This document shows, piece after piece, positions 24,622 through 38,805 of a DNA stretch of 64,000 nucleotides. Position 1 is the stretch's first letter. Each line of letters opens with the position of its first letter. The translations under genes and the position numbers were made by a program. This DNA is from Podarcis tiliguerta (taxonomy: Eukaryota), in NCBI GenBank assembly GCA_965153285.1, contig OZ229110.1, one strand, 5' to 3'. Below the pieces are notes generated by a model. That model did not search any database. It saw only the letters and a list, made by a program, of their open reading frames with translations, and was not told the origin of the DNA.

Positions 24622-26111
24622 CTACATAAGAGAGAGAGAAACCCATATCAGACTACATGCATAGATAAGATATAGTACTTAACACATAACTTATGGCTGT
24701 GCCAACAAATATGACTCAGATTACAGTAGTGTTTGTATTATATAGTGCTACACATCTGCACTGGAAAGAACTACAGTAGGCCCAAAACTTACACAATTGC
24801 AGCCTTGCATACTTCGCCAAAAAATAAATAGAAAGCGGGGGGGAGACTGGAAAAAACCATCAGAAGGGGACACACAATCTCTCACAAAAGCCTCCAGAGC
24901 CCTCATGTGACCTTCCAAAGCCTGGAAAACAAGGCTATTTCAGCACCCAGTTTTCCTGTCATGGAAAGAGTTTTTAAGCCCTCTGCCTTACTTATAGGAC
25001 TCTCAGAAGGTTGCATGAGGGTCCAGGAAGGCCCTGCAAGGCTCCCAAGATCTTGCCCGCTCAGTGCGCCGAAGCACAGGTCTGGAAGCACAACTTGCAA
25101 TGCTATATTCTCAAGGAATACTGAGTGATGAGAGTACTCTAAGCAGGTTATCAAATACAATTGCATTACCAAAATATCTTTGGATAGATCTGGGGGAATT
25201 CAAAGGTCTGTTAATTTGAAGTATTTCTAAAATCTAGGGTGTCTAAATTGGATACAAATGGCTATGCATTCTAATTTATTATTAGATCAACTGTGTTGGC
25301 AAGAGTAGCTAGTTTCTGAATTACACAGCCCTCTCCTCCAATCAGGGATTACATTTTTGAGCCCATCTAACTTTCTTTGGGTTAAATGCAGGTGACTAGA
25401 GCATTGGATGGGCATAGTGCAACAGTTAATATTTTCATGCTTTCTTCTCTTTCATAACTGGGTAATGATTGTTGACATTACAACTAGGAATTTGAATAAC
25501 AACTACATTAAAAATCAACAGTGTGGGTAGGAGAAGAGATGTAGCTTCAATGAGATGCAGATGGCATCCTCTGAGAGAGAGAGCAACTAAATTAATTCTA
25601 GTAATTTAAAATACTGCAAACAATCTATTACATAATGCCTTCATCTTTGGGTAGAAGATCAGATTTTTTTCAAAAAGTTGCAGCTCAAGTTATTTCTAGA
25701 TAAAATCTGCTCCTCTTTGGAAGAAAGGAGCAGGAAGCTAGAAACTATATTAATTAGATTACAGTTACATTTTCCTTAGCAAAAAGGCTAAGGATTCACA
25801 TTAAACAGGGGCTCTTTAATCAAAGAAACTATGAAAAATATTCAGCACTCAATAACCTTATAACAAGCAAGGCATTTCTTCATCAACTCGTCTTTAATTC
25901 AGTTCTTACAGAACTAGTGCAAGGTAGAGAGTTGACAGGGAAACAAAAATATGATAGCAAAGCTGGAGATTTAATCTGGAAAGCATATTAGGTAGTGTTC
26001 AATTATTACCAAGTATACGAAACATCTGGTGTTGTACTTCTTCCAATCAAAGTCACACTTTTAGGACAAACTCCCCACTCCTACCCCTTTTCCTGTTTTG
26101 GACAAACTCAC

Positions 26112-26198
26112 CTGTGGAAGAAAATTTGGACGAGGTGTGAGTCTGGGAGGAGGGATGAACTGTGGCACTTTGATGGGCTGAGGAGGTGTAGCTTGAAC
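26112..26198 (-). CDS. PHF21A: PHF21A coding exon ([29 protein letters not shown]), 87 nt, or 90 nt from 26201 via a TAGCAG tandem acceptor
   Basis: Manual translation; tagcag|GTT acceptor, CAG|gtgagt donor. Confidence 0.95.
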
Positions 26199-27422
26199 CT
26201 GCTAACAATAAGAGTGGGGCAGGTGGGAAGGAAGACAAATTTAAGCAAAGGGAATAGGTGTGATAAGCAACTTCAAAGCTATTCAGGCACAGCCTACCTT
26301 TCTCACAGTAAATAGATTCTTGCTCTTCAAGCCATTCTGAAATAAAATGGCATTTCATGGGCATAATGAAGCTAAGTATCCTTTTGTTTCACCAGCATGT
26401 AAAACCCAAGACCTCTACTATTTTTAAAAATATGCCCTTATCCTTGACATTTTTGAATTCTCCTCTTTGTTTTACGAGTCAAAGCGCTACAAATAACAAC
26501 AAAGAATAATCAGGTTTGGCTGCCCATTCAAATGGAGCTGCACATGATGCTTAATTGTGCTAAGGCGTCATAACTTGGGGGGGATGTTTTGAAATATCTG
26601 ATAAGAGGGCATAAACAATAATATTCAAAAATGCTGGAAGGATAAGTGTTAGGTACTAGATAAATTATTTAGTACATTAGGACTCTGGTTCTCTCTTAAA
26701 TGTGTAGAACACTGTTTTCATATACAGTAATTTGCTTTGGGAATGAAGTACTTTAGGGTATAAATGGATTTCGTTACAGCTGCAGCTCTGGATCAATTCT
26801 TATTTAAACAGCAAAACTCCGTTTAAATGCCTGGCCTCCCTCACAAGGATATATTTTCCACTCAAGTTACTTTTTACATTTCTGCAGGCTTCAACTGCTT
26901 AGTACTTTGTGAAACTGATTATCAGAGTTGCTAGTTAGTCACAAAAGCGCCCCTGAGAAAGACTGGTTCGCAGGTTGAGGAAGATGCTGGCTAGATCCCG
27001 TCATGCAGGATGATGTGCTTGTGGGTCCAGCAGCAGCCAAAAATAGACAACGTTGGTGAGCCTCATTAAAATAATTTTAATATAAGCAGTGAAAGGAACA
27101 TACATTTAAAAGCATAACCTAAACAAGGTAAGTCCATGCATGGTCCTACATGCCTTTATTGGCAAGCAGAGCATTGTAAAAAGTTGGAGTGAAGGTGCGT
27201 TGTCAATTATCTTTCAGCACACCAAGGAAAAATATGATATGATAGTAATCACTTGTTAAAGTAGTAAATTATTTTAAAAATTGAAACCCATTAGAGCAAA
27301 AGTATTTTCTCACATTAAACAAAGTTTCTCAATACCTGTATATGCCCAAAAGGGCATGCAACAAGGGAAATTTTTAAAAATGGCTCACGTCCTTAGAACA
27401 CTAGGCAACAAAGACCGCTTAC

Positions 27423-27677
27423 CAATGTGACTGTATTTTTTGCCACTATTTGAACTGCCTCTGTTCCTGGACCAGTGACTTTATTTGTTGTCTGGAGGTT
27501 GACTGGCGTGTTCTGTGCATCAGTGCTAAGGACAGTTTTCTGGTTGCTATTGATGGCAGTCACCATGGCAATTGTAGGTCTTGGACCCACAACGGAGGCA
27601 GGCATGGTTGCTGTTGCTGCTTTCAGGACAAGAGGTAGTGTCTTAGTGGTGATCATAGAAGCTGTAGTTACCGTCTT
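27423..27677 (-). CDS. PHF21A: PHF21A coding exon ([19 protein letters not shown]...AKNTVTL), 255 nt
   Basis: ORF 27393-27656 translation; tag|AAG acceptor, TTG|gtaagc donor. Confidence 0.95.
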
Positions 27678-28059
27678 CTAAGAGAATAAACAAAACAAAA
27701 CACACACTTTGGAACCTATTCATCGCAAACCAGACAGGGTTTGCTCTAGAAATTCACAAGTGAGAAAGCAGAAGCTGAAATGCAAGGGAAATGCAACTGG
27801 GAAGATTTAAAACACCGATTTCTTACCTGTCAAAGTTGTATGGAATCAGCCCACTCCTTTACAAATACTTTCAATAAACCTTCCACATATAAACGTGCAA
27901 CCACACAGGAAGCACCACACCATGGCTTGCTTAATCCACTGGTAAACTGTGTGTGAAATTAATCATGTATTGATAGTACATGCTTTGGCACATATAATGT
28001 CCCCATGTCTCTAGTCAATTCCATGTCCCCCAAACATTAGTGTACCTATATGATGCCAT

Positions 28060-28227
28060 AAAGGTAAAGGTAAAGGGACCCCTGACCATTAGGTCCAGTC
28101 ATGACCGACTCTGGGGTTGCAGCGCTCATCTCGCTTTACTGGCCAAGGGAGCCGGTATACAGCTTCCGGGTCATGTGGCCAGCATGACTAAGCCGCTTCT
28201 GGCGAACCAGAGCAGTGCATGGAAACG
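28060..28227 (-). mobile_element. 5'-truncated Sauria SINE
   Basis: (ACCTTT)n tail on the minus strand; closely similar to the 3' half of the copy at 60148-60503. Confidence 0.88.
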
Positions 28228-29974
28228 TCATAGGCAGTGTCAAATGGGATTTGTTTTGAACCAGTATTTGTAGGCTGTGGTCAAATGGATAAGAGTTAAC
28301 AGGCTAATACTGAATCCAGGTAGATGGACATTTGGTTGCTAGGGGATTTAGGAGAATTTGCCTGGAAATGCCCTTGACAGAGTGTTGAACTAACTGTTCA
28401 GCAGCAGACAGGAGTCTGAGAACCTTGGCCACCAACAGTTGTAATAGTGGGCACAATGTACTGAGCAGGAGCAGCAGGGTACATGTGCTTGTACTCAGCA
28501 AACATGGAACCAGGAACACTGAGGTGCAAAGTAGATGCAATGTGTACTTTAGCAGAATTTTCCAAGCATTTGATATTGAATTGAGTTTTTTTGTTTGTTT
28601 TTGCTGTTGCTCTAATGTTCCTTTTTCATTATCAGATTTAATTGAATTGGTATTTTATGTAATTTTATATTGTTGAAACACCTTCAATTTCCTGAGATAT
28701 TTCAAAGCTAAAGTATCAAGGCTAAAATGAGGGGCTTTCAGCATAATCAGTAAAAGCACATCACAACTACATTTTAGCATCACTATTATGACAGTGTTTT
28801 CACTAGTTCTTATGATTTACACAACACATTCCACAACTAAAAATAATCAGGTCTGCTAAAATCCCTTATTGAAGAACTTATTGTGGTTGTTGCACAATGT
28901 GGAAAATGCTTTGTTTATAATTATTTCAAATGAGAAAGCACATATTTAGCTAGTTTTAAAGAAGACTAATTTGGAAAGCATTGCAGATTTCCGAGTAGAC
29001 AATTCAGAGATGCATGTGTGTGTAACGTAAGTTATAACTTGGATTTCTCTATACACATTAAAGGGGTTGCAGATTCAGTGCTTTCTAAGAAACACCCTAA
29101 TTGGATGCTGGCAAGGAAAGAGTAGAAGCAATTTCAATACAGTGTCGCTAGAGGGCTCTTTAGCATTGAACATAACTTTGTACAAATGCAGAAATGACCT
29201 GGAAGTTAATCTCAAAGTGCACAGCACAGAATACAGAGAAGAACATGAGTGTCCCTTTACAGTCAAAACTCTAGATAAAAGCAGACACCAATAATTAAAA
29301 AATGACTCACAATCTACCTGAAAGATATACTTGTTAATGCACACTTTGCTCTCTCACATTATAAATATTATTTTGCTTCAGTTACTTTAAAAGCACATCA
29401 AGTGGAAAAGTCAGATGAGAGTCCAACAATTCTGAATTCCTAGAGCAAGTGGTCCTAGTCAGTAATATATATCAACTTCCAGGTGAACAATTCCCATACA
29501 AAGCAGAGCCTTGCGAACTAAAAAGTAAGTATTCCACCAACTGTCCTGCAATTCTCTGTATAGACATGAATTGATGGTAGGATATTCATAGCAGGCCATT
29601 CCCAATCTTTCTCCTCTTCTGATGAAAGTGCACCGCCCCATGAGGCTTTCTCTCTTCCCAGCTATGATCTAGCAATGCCCATTCCATCATGCTGAATGAA
29701 ACCAAGGGAGAGAAGGAAAGGAGGGGCAGCAGTTTTTGCTTACTTTCTGTCCTTGAACTACTTCCATTCCAGTTGGTTGTTATAAGAACTTTTTAACAAG
29801 ATACTAATGACTGAGTTGGATTTCCACTTCGCCTTCCCACCAATTCCCATTCTCTTTAGTGTCACTTAGTTTCGGTTGTAAGCCCAAGGGCAAAGATTGA
29901 TCTTTGTTAGACTTTTCGGGGCCCTATATTAATAGCAATGATGCCCTGATATGCTGCCATCCAAAAGGGCCAAC

Positions 29975-30200
29975 ACAAAAGGGCCTTACATGAAGTCAGA
30001 CCACTAGTGCACTTAGCTTAGCATTTGCACTAACTAGCAGTGATTTTTCAAGCAATCCAGTTAGTAGTCTCTCCTGATCCTAACTTGGAGATGCCAGAGA
30101 TTTCAGGCAGGAGTCTTTCCCAACCCTAACTTGGAAATGCCACAGGTTGACTCTGGGACCTTGTGTATGTAAAGCATCACTGCTACTGAGCTGTGGCTCC
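29975..30200 (-). mobile_element. Old tRNA-derived SINE (Squam2-like) with an internal duplication
   Basis: Degenerate A/B-box head near 30200; cctaacttgga(g/a)atgcca occurs twice. Confidence 0.5.
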
Positions 30201-31676
30201 CCAGATGAAGTTTCCAAGAACAGAACTAAATGAAATAAATGCCAAAAACAAATGCCTCATGTCAAGCTCCTCCTTTGTAACATCTTGTGCATCTGTCCAG
30301 ATGTCATCACCCTGTGCACTTCCTTGCTTCTGCTCCATATATTTTGCTGCTGATAGGGAAACACAGTGTCATGGCATGTTACTGGTGGGAAAGGGTTTTC
30401 TTTAACAAGGGGCCACCATTTTCAGTAACAGCCAGTCATTGTGTTAGTTCTGCCCACAGGGTCTCAAAGAGCCAGCAGGAGCAAATAACTGCTCACAAGG
30501 AAAAGGCTCAGTTTCTTGGCTGCCCCAATGCTGCTTAAAACAACAGCAATTTTCCTTAAAGCACTTCCAGTACTCTAGAAGCTAGCTTATCGCTTATCTT
30601 CTTCTAGTGAGAAGGAGCAATAGACAACATCTAAGCTTACCTTTCTCCAAACTCAGGGCACTCCCTGGCCAAAGTTGTAGGGAGGAGGCAGTCAAGTGGC
30701 TCTCAAAACAGATAGTATCAAACCAACGCCATTTATGCTTCTGAGGACCTCTCTAAATACCTTATTTTCCCCAAGATTTCCCAGTCTCTAGAGTATAGTC
30801 TCTATCATGCTGAGAACAGAAAGAGGAATAGTTGTTCCCTGTTGAGATGAGTTTACTCTCCTCTGCCTCATTATAAGCCATACATCAGAAGCTAGACTGC
30901 CAAATGTCTACACACAAATAACTTATTTTTTGCTAATTCAAGCAACTAGCTTTCTAAACTGACTATGTGATTCAAGCTTACTGAAATTGCAGCAAATGCC
31001 CTCAGCAATTATAGATGCAACTACATTAATCTCTGTTATTGTATTTGTGGGGAGAAGACAGTGGGGGGCAGTTTATGTGGATCCTTTCTGTGTATTTCTT
31101 TGTTTATAGCCTGTTTGGTTTTATATTATTATTTCTGGTATGCTGCTGAAACATATTGAACCAAGATCTCTGGACACTTGTAGTTCCCTAGTTAACAACT
31201 TCTGAAGCCAATCATTTCCACAAAAAGAGAAAACTCAAGGCAATTCCACATTATTTTCCAATGAAGGACACCTATCCTTGCAGAAAATGCTGATCCAGTA
31301 TTCTGATCCAGTTCTTAAAAAAACTATGGATGCCAAAAAACTAAAGCATGCAAGATTCATATAATACTGTTACTTCAAAATCCAGCAATTGACTTAGCTT
31401 TCTGGGGAAGCGGGGAGTGATCCATGCTTAGACTCAAGTTCATAAAGTGCTCTTGTTTCACTTAAATGCTACTGATAGCTTTTGCAGCACAATCTTACAC
31501 ATGTTGATTCAGAATTGAGCCTTACTGAATTCAATATGACTTACTCTCTAGCAAGTGTGCACTGGATTATGATAGGTTAACTATGATTTTGTGTTCTCTT
31601 CTTTATACAGTGATACATTTCATTCTAAGAAAGGAATACATTTTGAAAATTAGTGTAACACCTTCAACCACTTTAC

Positions 31677-31850
31677 CTGTGATCCAAGCAGGTTTGGAGA
31701 GGCTGCAGTAGTTTGCTGCTGCTGTAGCTGTAGTGGCTGTGGAGTTTGTATTTTATTTTCTGACTGTGCCAATGGTTGTATTTGAAACTTACTGTCCGGC
31801 TGTTCCTGCTTTACCATCAAATTCTTCCGCAGCTGTTCAACCACTCTTTT
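31677..31850 (-). CDS. PHF21A: PHF21A coding exon ([17 protein letters not shown]...SPNLLGSQ), phase 0/0, 174 nt; most 5' coding exon found in the window
   Basis: Translation matches the recalled PHF21A N-terminal region; tag|AAA acceptor and CAG|gtaaag donor. Confidence 0.95.
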
Positions 31851-34800
31851 CTATCATGGAAACAGACACGAAAATACAAGGCATTACATTATTTAATTTG
31901 CAAAACACTATATACACTTGTTTATAATTTATAGTTTATAAATCCATTTACTGTCTGGCTTTCAAAGGATTAATCTAGGTGGTCCAAGTCAACTGCGTCG
32001 GCACTGTCCCTTATGTGTGATACAGTAGCTGTTACAATGAGAGTGTAACTGACAGGCAGCAGTGGCAGAATAGACATGTCCTTCAAACAAAATGTCATTT
32101 AGCAATTAACTATGGCACTACAGTTACACATATCTGTAGGATCATTGAGCTCTCTCAACCTATTGGGTGCTACTTAATGAACTCCTCAGTATGCATTCCG
32201 AGTATTCAAGAGGGATCCTAAAAGTATGGTCATGTTTCACATCAAGGAAATAAATGAAAAAAATATACTGGCTCATTAGGCCAAAGTGCTACCAGCTACT
32301 TTGTCCCCACTTACAGAAGGCGTCTCAAGATGGATTCACAAATATTGGCAATTTTAAAAAATCCTTTTAAAAAAATTAAACACTGCACACATCCATTAGA
32401 GAACTCATTTCCCCCCCCAAATGGCTGAATGAAGACCATCAAATATGACAAGCAATAACAATACAGCCCTCAAACCAGAAGTTACGTGCACTTAAACTGA
32501 AATCCCCTCATGCACTATTGTTCCTACACAGTTCATCCTAGAATCTGTGGCATAGCCAGGACATTCACATTTCAAACAACCGGCCTGGTTTTCAATCCTG
32601 CACAAACCTATCAGGCTAATTTCATGCAGGCGGTGAGGAGGGGGAAATGAGAGATAGGGCGGAGAAAGGAATGAGTGTGTCCATCTCCACCCACTGCTGC
32701 CATGAGGTCCCTGAAAGATTATATGTAAGAGAATGGAGCACTCTCAAGCAAAAAAAAGTTTCCACATTCTTGTCTTAAAAGTAGTTCAGTGTTTCATACA
32801 GCAATAACCCTGAACTCTTAAGAGTACCCATTTCCCTGCAAATTTTAACTCCATACGTTTTCTGCTACAGCAGAATCTGTTTTCGGTTCTTCGGATTTCT
32901 CCCCCGCCCCATACCCTTTGGTGGCCATTGGCCAACTCTTAAAACTGCTCACCCATTGCCTACTCAATCCACTCAGACATTGCCTTCTCAGTCCATTCTT
33001 TTATCAAGTTCTCCCATCCCACCCCCCGCCACCACCACTTTACAGTGGTGTATATTCCAGACTTCTGTCATCTGTTCTAGAACTCTATCGCTCCTGACCT
33101 ATCTAGGTGACATTTCTAGGCACTTGGGTCCTCTGAAATGACTGCTTATCTCAGACTTGCAAATAAGGTAATTCAGTTACTACCTAACTTTAGAACCCCA
33201 CCAACTCACATTTACTTATGCTGACCATTTGTGGCTCAGTGGTGGCCTGAAAGTATGTTATTTTCCTTGCCTGGCTACCTATGGGTGATTCTTATAAGGT
33301 GCTGCAACCTCCCAACAGTTGGTCTTCGCCCAAATAAGGCGCACTCCTCCATTGTCTCCCGAGACAGGTGGACGTCAGTGCCTTGTCTGGCTACCTTTAC
33401 GTGATTCTTATCAGGCAACCAAGCAAGTGGCTATTTAAAAGACTGGTTTGTAGTTTATCGAACCATGTTGCACTATCTGAATTTATTAGACTACTTTATC
33501 TGAAAACTTACACATGAAAATGAAATATAGGCAGCTGACATCAAGCAAAGAAATCTGCTCCATATCTGAGTTTATATGTGCATTCAACCATTGATCAGTC
33601 ATTTAAGGTTGCTTTCTGAAACATCACGTCTGTTATCAAGCTATTTAAAATGCTATGTCAGCAAGCAGAGACAGGAACAAAAGGAACATTTCCAGAAAGC
33701 AGAGAAATGTAGAGGAAGTAATAGAACAGAAACCAGTTACACCTGCCAAACAATGACTCCACCTATTAACATCACAGAGACTACATTACTGTGTCGAACA
33801 AGATCAGACAGCCTCTTTTTTTATTTTCTATAGCTATATTTATGAAGTTTGGGGATAAGGGTGATTTTCTACCAGTTCCCTAGTTCAAGGAAGCCAGCAG
33901 CAGAGAGCTAGCATTCATTTGCTCCGTGTCCTTTATCACAAAACAAAAACAGCAGGGAAAGAAGGGGAAGCTAAGCTCGCATAACTCATGCGCCAAGCTG
34001 CAATCATAAGTGAGAACCAATCGGAACAGGAATTTGGTTGAGTAGGAGTCAAGTGAGTCATATCACATTCACAACTCTTCCTCCCCCAGGCCCTGAAACA
34101 AAGCCCAGGAAAGCTGTGGAGGAAAATAGGAATGAAACACCTGAAAACTTTCATTAGTTTTACAGAACTAAAGACTTGCCTACTAGCATGAAGAGCAGAC
34201 AAAATGAGGGAGAAAAGTTGTTTCTCTGCTCATTTATAAAGAGTGAAAAGATGTCATGAAGGGACACTTCCTGTCCCCTCCCCTAACATATTACAAGACA
34301 GTTCCTTTGTTCAGTTTAAAGGAGGCATCTTCAACCTTTTCAGACCCAGGACTCACTTTTAACCCAAACATGCATTTGGGGGTCTATTTCTCAAATTTTT
34401 ACCGTATATTTGCATGGTGGTAGCGCTCCTGTTGTGACTTACCTTGGAGCAGGCCACATTACACTACACTGGTGGCCAGTGGCTTAAAGGGACTGCCTGT
34501 GTTTTATGTTTTAGAATTGCAAAACTAAACACTAATAAGAAGTGTATGTATTTTATAAGCAAACATGCTTTCTAGGAACTGGTAGCCAGCCAAATACCCT
34601 TCAAAGCTTAAAAACAGGGTACCTGATATTCAGAGAAAGAGCCAGAAGGAGCAAGAATGGCTGTGAAATCCCTTCTGTCTGTATGAGTGAGAGAAGGTTG
34701 TGTAGTCTGCTTTCTCTTGGGTTTGATCTTTGCATAACATGGGCAAATGCTTTCGAGGAAAATATTATTCAACCTATTTATTTCCTCCATCACACAATGC

Positions 34801-36239
34801 ATATAATATGTAACTTAACTCCCTTTCTTGAGGTGCCTGCACTGTGCTTAGGTTACTTCATGCTTCTGATAGTGCCACAGTTGCAGTCTGCATTGTGTTG
34901 ACCTGTGGTGGTCTGATACCACATACAGGTCGCATTGCTTGCTGGCTGAGGACTTATGAACACATAGAATAGCAGCAAAACTGAAGTGAACTTAACATTT
35001 TATATGAGCTCCACTCTTTGATGCACCAGACCTTTTCCATTGGCCCATTGTGCTATGTTGGCTTGTTATGACTGGTGTACCTGTGTGGAAGCACCAGCTG
35101 CTACTGTCATGGACTACGGCCATCATTACATCGGAGCCCAATACCACTAATCCATCTTCAACTGCCATCGTGTCATCAAAGCAGCTAAGCCAATGGCATC
35201 CATAGTAAGGTCAAAGTCCAGACCACCTGTGACATGAGACCAGGCTAGGGAGCGGAGTGCAATTATGGACAAGTAACACAATTAAGCAGCTTTTATTAAA
35301 ACATATGAGATTATACACTTCTAAAGGATACTTTGTTGGCACAAACTGGTTGTGCATTTTGGGGACCATGTGACTGACAATGCTCCTTGAATCAGTAGTA
35401 ATCATTATATTCATTTTCTCCACATACACTGTATTGCTTGCACATTCTTTTGCCTCATTTTTACCACACCCTTTTCCTAATTACATGAATATTAGAAAAC
35501 CTCATGTCCTTGGACATATGTCATTTGCTTCATTTCACTGTCAAAGCTACCTTAAATCAAGCTAAGAGTACATTTTGTTCAACAACATTCTTGAGGATAA
35601 AGCTGCCAGAACTGTATCCGCTTTGTGAACACACTTTCTGCTGTTAAATGTACAGGAGATTCAAGATCAAAATCAACAGCTCCTAGTCTATGCATAATTG
35701 CACACACACGTTTCTAAAGTCTACATATTTTAAATATCTAAAGTCCAGGCAACTCTTTTGAAACACCCCGTAAGCACAAAACAGTATAGATAAGTGCATC
35801 TTTTAATTGTTCCTTTGTGTACAAAAGTCATTACAAGATGATGCTAACTGCAAAAAACTACGGTATAAATATGAAACATATCTGACTGCGAATGGTACGC
35901 AGCAACTGTCCCTTGGCAACCACAACTGAAGATACAGAAATAGCCTGCTGCCCCTCCAGAAGTTGTTGGACTCCCTATCCCATAAACCCCAGCCAGCCTT
36001 GGTCAGAGATGATGGCAATTGTAGTTGAACACATTTAGAGGGCAAAAAGTTGTGGAAGGCTGGCTTAATGTTCCAACCTGAACTGCCCAAATACCAGGTT
36101 TATCTATATATAGGCACTCCACAAGCCAGTTATTCATTGCTTCACTTCCATCTGTGAAAGCACTGTGAGCTCAGAAAGCCCACATTTCAAATAAACTTGG
36201 AAGTCCAACATTACTTGGGGATATGGGGGTCCTCTCCTG

Positions 36240-36690
36240 CACAACTGGAAGCAACACTAACAGCCTCGGCTGGTCGTGGGGGCGTCTGGTATGTCCCACC
36301 AAAAATTAAATTTCAAATCTGCCAATTGCAGTCAGTCTGGTGGGTGTGGTTTTGGAGATGGACCTGAGGGTGCCCTGGTATATGGGCTCATGGGGGGGGG
36401 ACTGTTTGAAGGCCCAGATGGGGGCTAACAGGCCATAAAATTTCCCCAGTGGTAGCCAGGTGGGTCTACCCTATTTGATCTGTGTCATGGGGGTGGGGGG
36501 CTTTAACACAGGATCAACCCTAATGAGACAATCAGTCAGACCGATTCAGGATACATACCCAGTGCCTAAGCCAAAGCCTACTAGAATCTGTAATCAATAA
36601 ACTTTAGGCCATTTTTAATCCCAAGATGTTGTCATGTCCTTTTTGGTACTCTCACACCACCAGTCCCCAGTGAACCTGGGCTCACTATTC
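36240..36690 (+). mobile_element. Possible LTR/DIRS-like retroelement remnant
   Basis: GC-richer island ending in tgtaatcAATAAActttaggcc; family not identified. Confidence 0.3.
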
Positions 36691-37382
36691 CTGGGCTTGC
36701 AAAGAACCAAGTAGCATTGCAATTACAGACTCCTTGTGCAAACAGGAAACAAATACTGGGTAAAAATTTTGTGTCTAATATGAGGCAATATAAAAACAAG
36801 AAGGTTTAAGTAGGATAGAATGATGGTTTTCTTTAAGCAGCGAACTAGTTACAATATTTTTAGTGTAATTTCTCATGAATGAACTGAACAAAAAAGAAAA
36901 TTATTGGCTTGTTGTGTCCTGATATAGGTCCCGACAGATCTGTTGACTTATGGTCCTGAGATACTCAGTCATGGACTCTCCAACTGATGTGATACATGTC
37001 CTGCCTTAAACTTCCACACAAAATCTCTTGAAATCAACCCCACATGTTCATTTTCTTGAGAGGGAATTGATCTGGCTATTTAACATTATGCCATTTAGAT
37101 GATGAGATGGCAATAATACTTATCACCACATAAATGTTTAGTGTAGACTTAGTAAAACAAATTGCTTGGCAGTGGTGGTCACTTGAAGCCTCAATTTCAA
37201 GAGTGCCCAAAACTTGTACACCAAGTCTCTTTCTGACTCGCATACTAATTACCCAAAACTCCAACAAACTTGTCCTACTACAGAAAGCACCTCCAGGAAA
37301 TTGGGACAAAAATTAAAACCATCACCCAAGCATAATCTAATAAGGTATCTTCTGAAATACTCTGTCCAGTTCTGGTCATCTG

Positions 37383-37585
37383 CAGGGGTGTAGCGTGGGG
37401 GGACTGAGGGGTGCCATTGCCCCAGGCATAGTTTTTTGGGGAGCGCATCAAGGTGCCCTGCCCCATTGTGAGCTGTTGTGTCCTTCTCAATGCTGCCCAG
37501 CGCTGCTTTTGCCCATGGTCCTGCCCGCCCCCATAGTGTGCCATGTCGCCCACCCTGGGCTCTGGCAGGGAATGCTCTGCCACTG
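37383..37585. mobile_element. hAT-like MITE, 203 bp
   Basis: Imperfect TIRs CAGGGGTGTAGC / CAGTGGCAGAGC; 8-bp TSD gtcatctg/ttcatctg. Confidence 0.7.
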
Positions 37586-38805
37586 TTCATCTGTGTTTGA
37601 GAAAGCTGAAGTTAAACTTTTTTTAAAAAAAAAGTCACAGGCTGAAATAACCTATCTTATCAGCAGGATGAAATGATTTGGCTGTTTATTTTATGGTGGG
37701 AAAACATTGCCAGATATATGACTAAATCATGACATTCTGCAAAAAACTAATTTGGGTGAGGTGAATTCAGGTTAAGGAAAGCTTTCGGTACAAGGACTAA
37801 TCAACAACTAAATGGAGGCTAAATAGTTGGAGAGATAAAATTCTAGAATAGTTATAAGAATGAAAGAATAAGAATAAAAGAAACTTACAGAGTTAAAAAA
37901 ATACTGGCAGTGTTCTAGGAGAGAATACACACCCCAACGATTCCTCAACCTTCTAGTATAAGGAATCCCAAATTCAAAAATGATAATTTTTAAATATCAG
38001 AATGACTATGTACACACTATCACAAACTTTTACCATGTAAAAGAAACAAGTATAATATGAGATAAGCAGAACTTTTTTGGAAGGTGAGGGGAGAGAATGA
38101 GAAGAAATGAGAAGAACTACTGTAATTTACAGGAGCTTTCTAAGAATGCCTTTTGTAAAAGGAGGCCCTACAAAATGGAATGAAAACTTTCCAATCAAGT
38201 TCACACATATCTCATAGTGTGGTCGTCTGACAGCTACACTGTCGTAATTTTAAGACAGTTGAACCTCTGCTCTAGGGTTTACACAAGATCAAGTACTTGT
38301 CACTCTCAGAGCAGGTATAGTGAGACAGAGTGGGCAAACAGTCCATTTTTCTTTATAATTACACTCCATTAACCTTCTACATGAGAGCTCCCCTGTGCTT
38401 TCATACCAACAACACCAACTGTCCACATCTGATAAGTCTTTACGGAGTCTACAAGAGCAGTAAGTGTAACAACAAAAACCAAAGCACTTTAATATTTCAG
38501 ACTTAAGCACAAGCCAAACAAAGTTCTTTTACTTAACAATAAATATATTGATAAATTATTTATTATTATTTATTGTTGCTGCTGCTGCTATCATCATCAT
38601 CATCAGGCAAGCCCAGCGTGAATGTTAGAGTCCCCCAGAACCATTGTCCTGAAATTCTCCAAGTCCACACGACAGACCACTCTCACTCTCAAGTCAGAGA
38701 GCTTACTGGGCAGAAGGAAACCAACAGCATCCCTGTTTTGTCTGTAATGCTCAACACCAGGTTTAGAGCCTCAAACCCAGCTGCTAGGCAGACTGGTCTC
38801 CTAAT

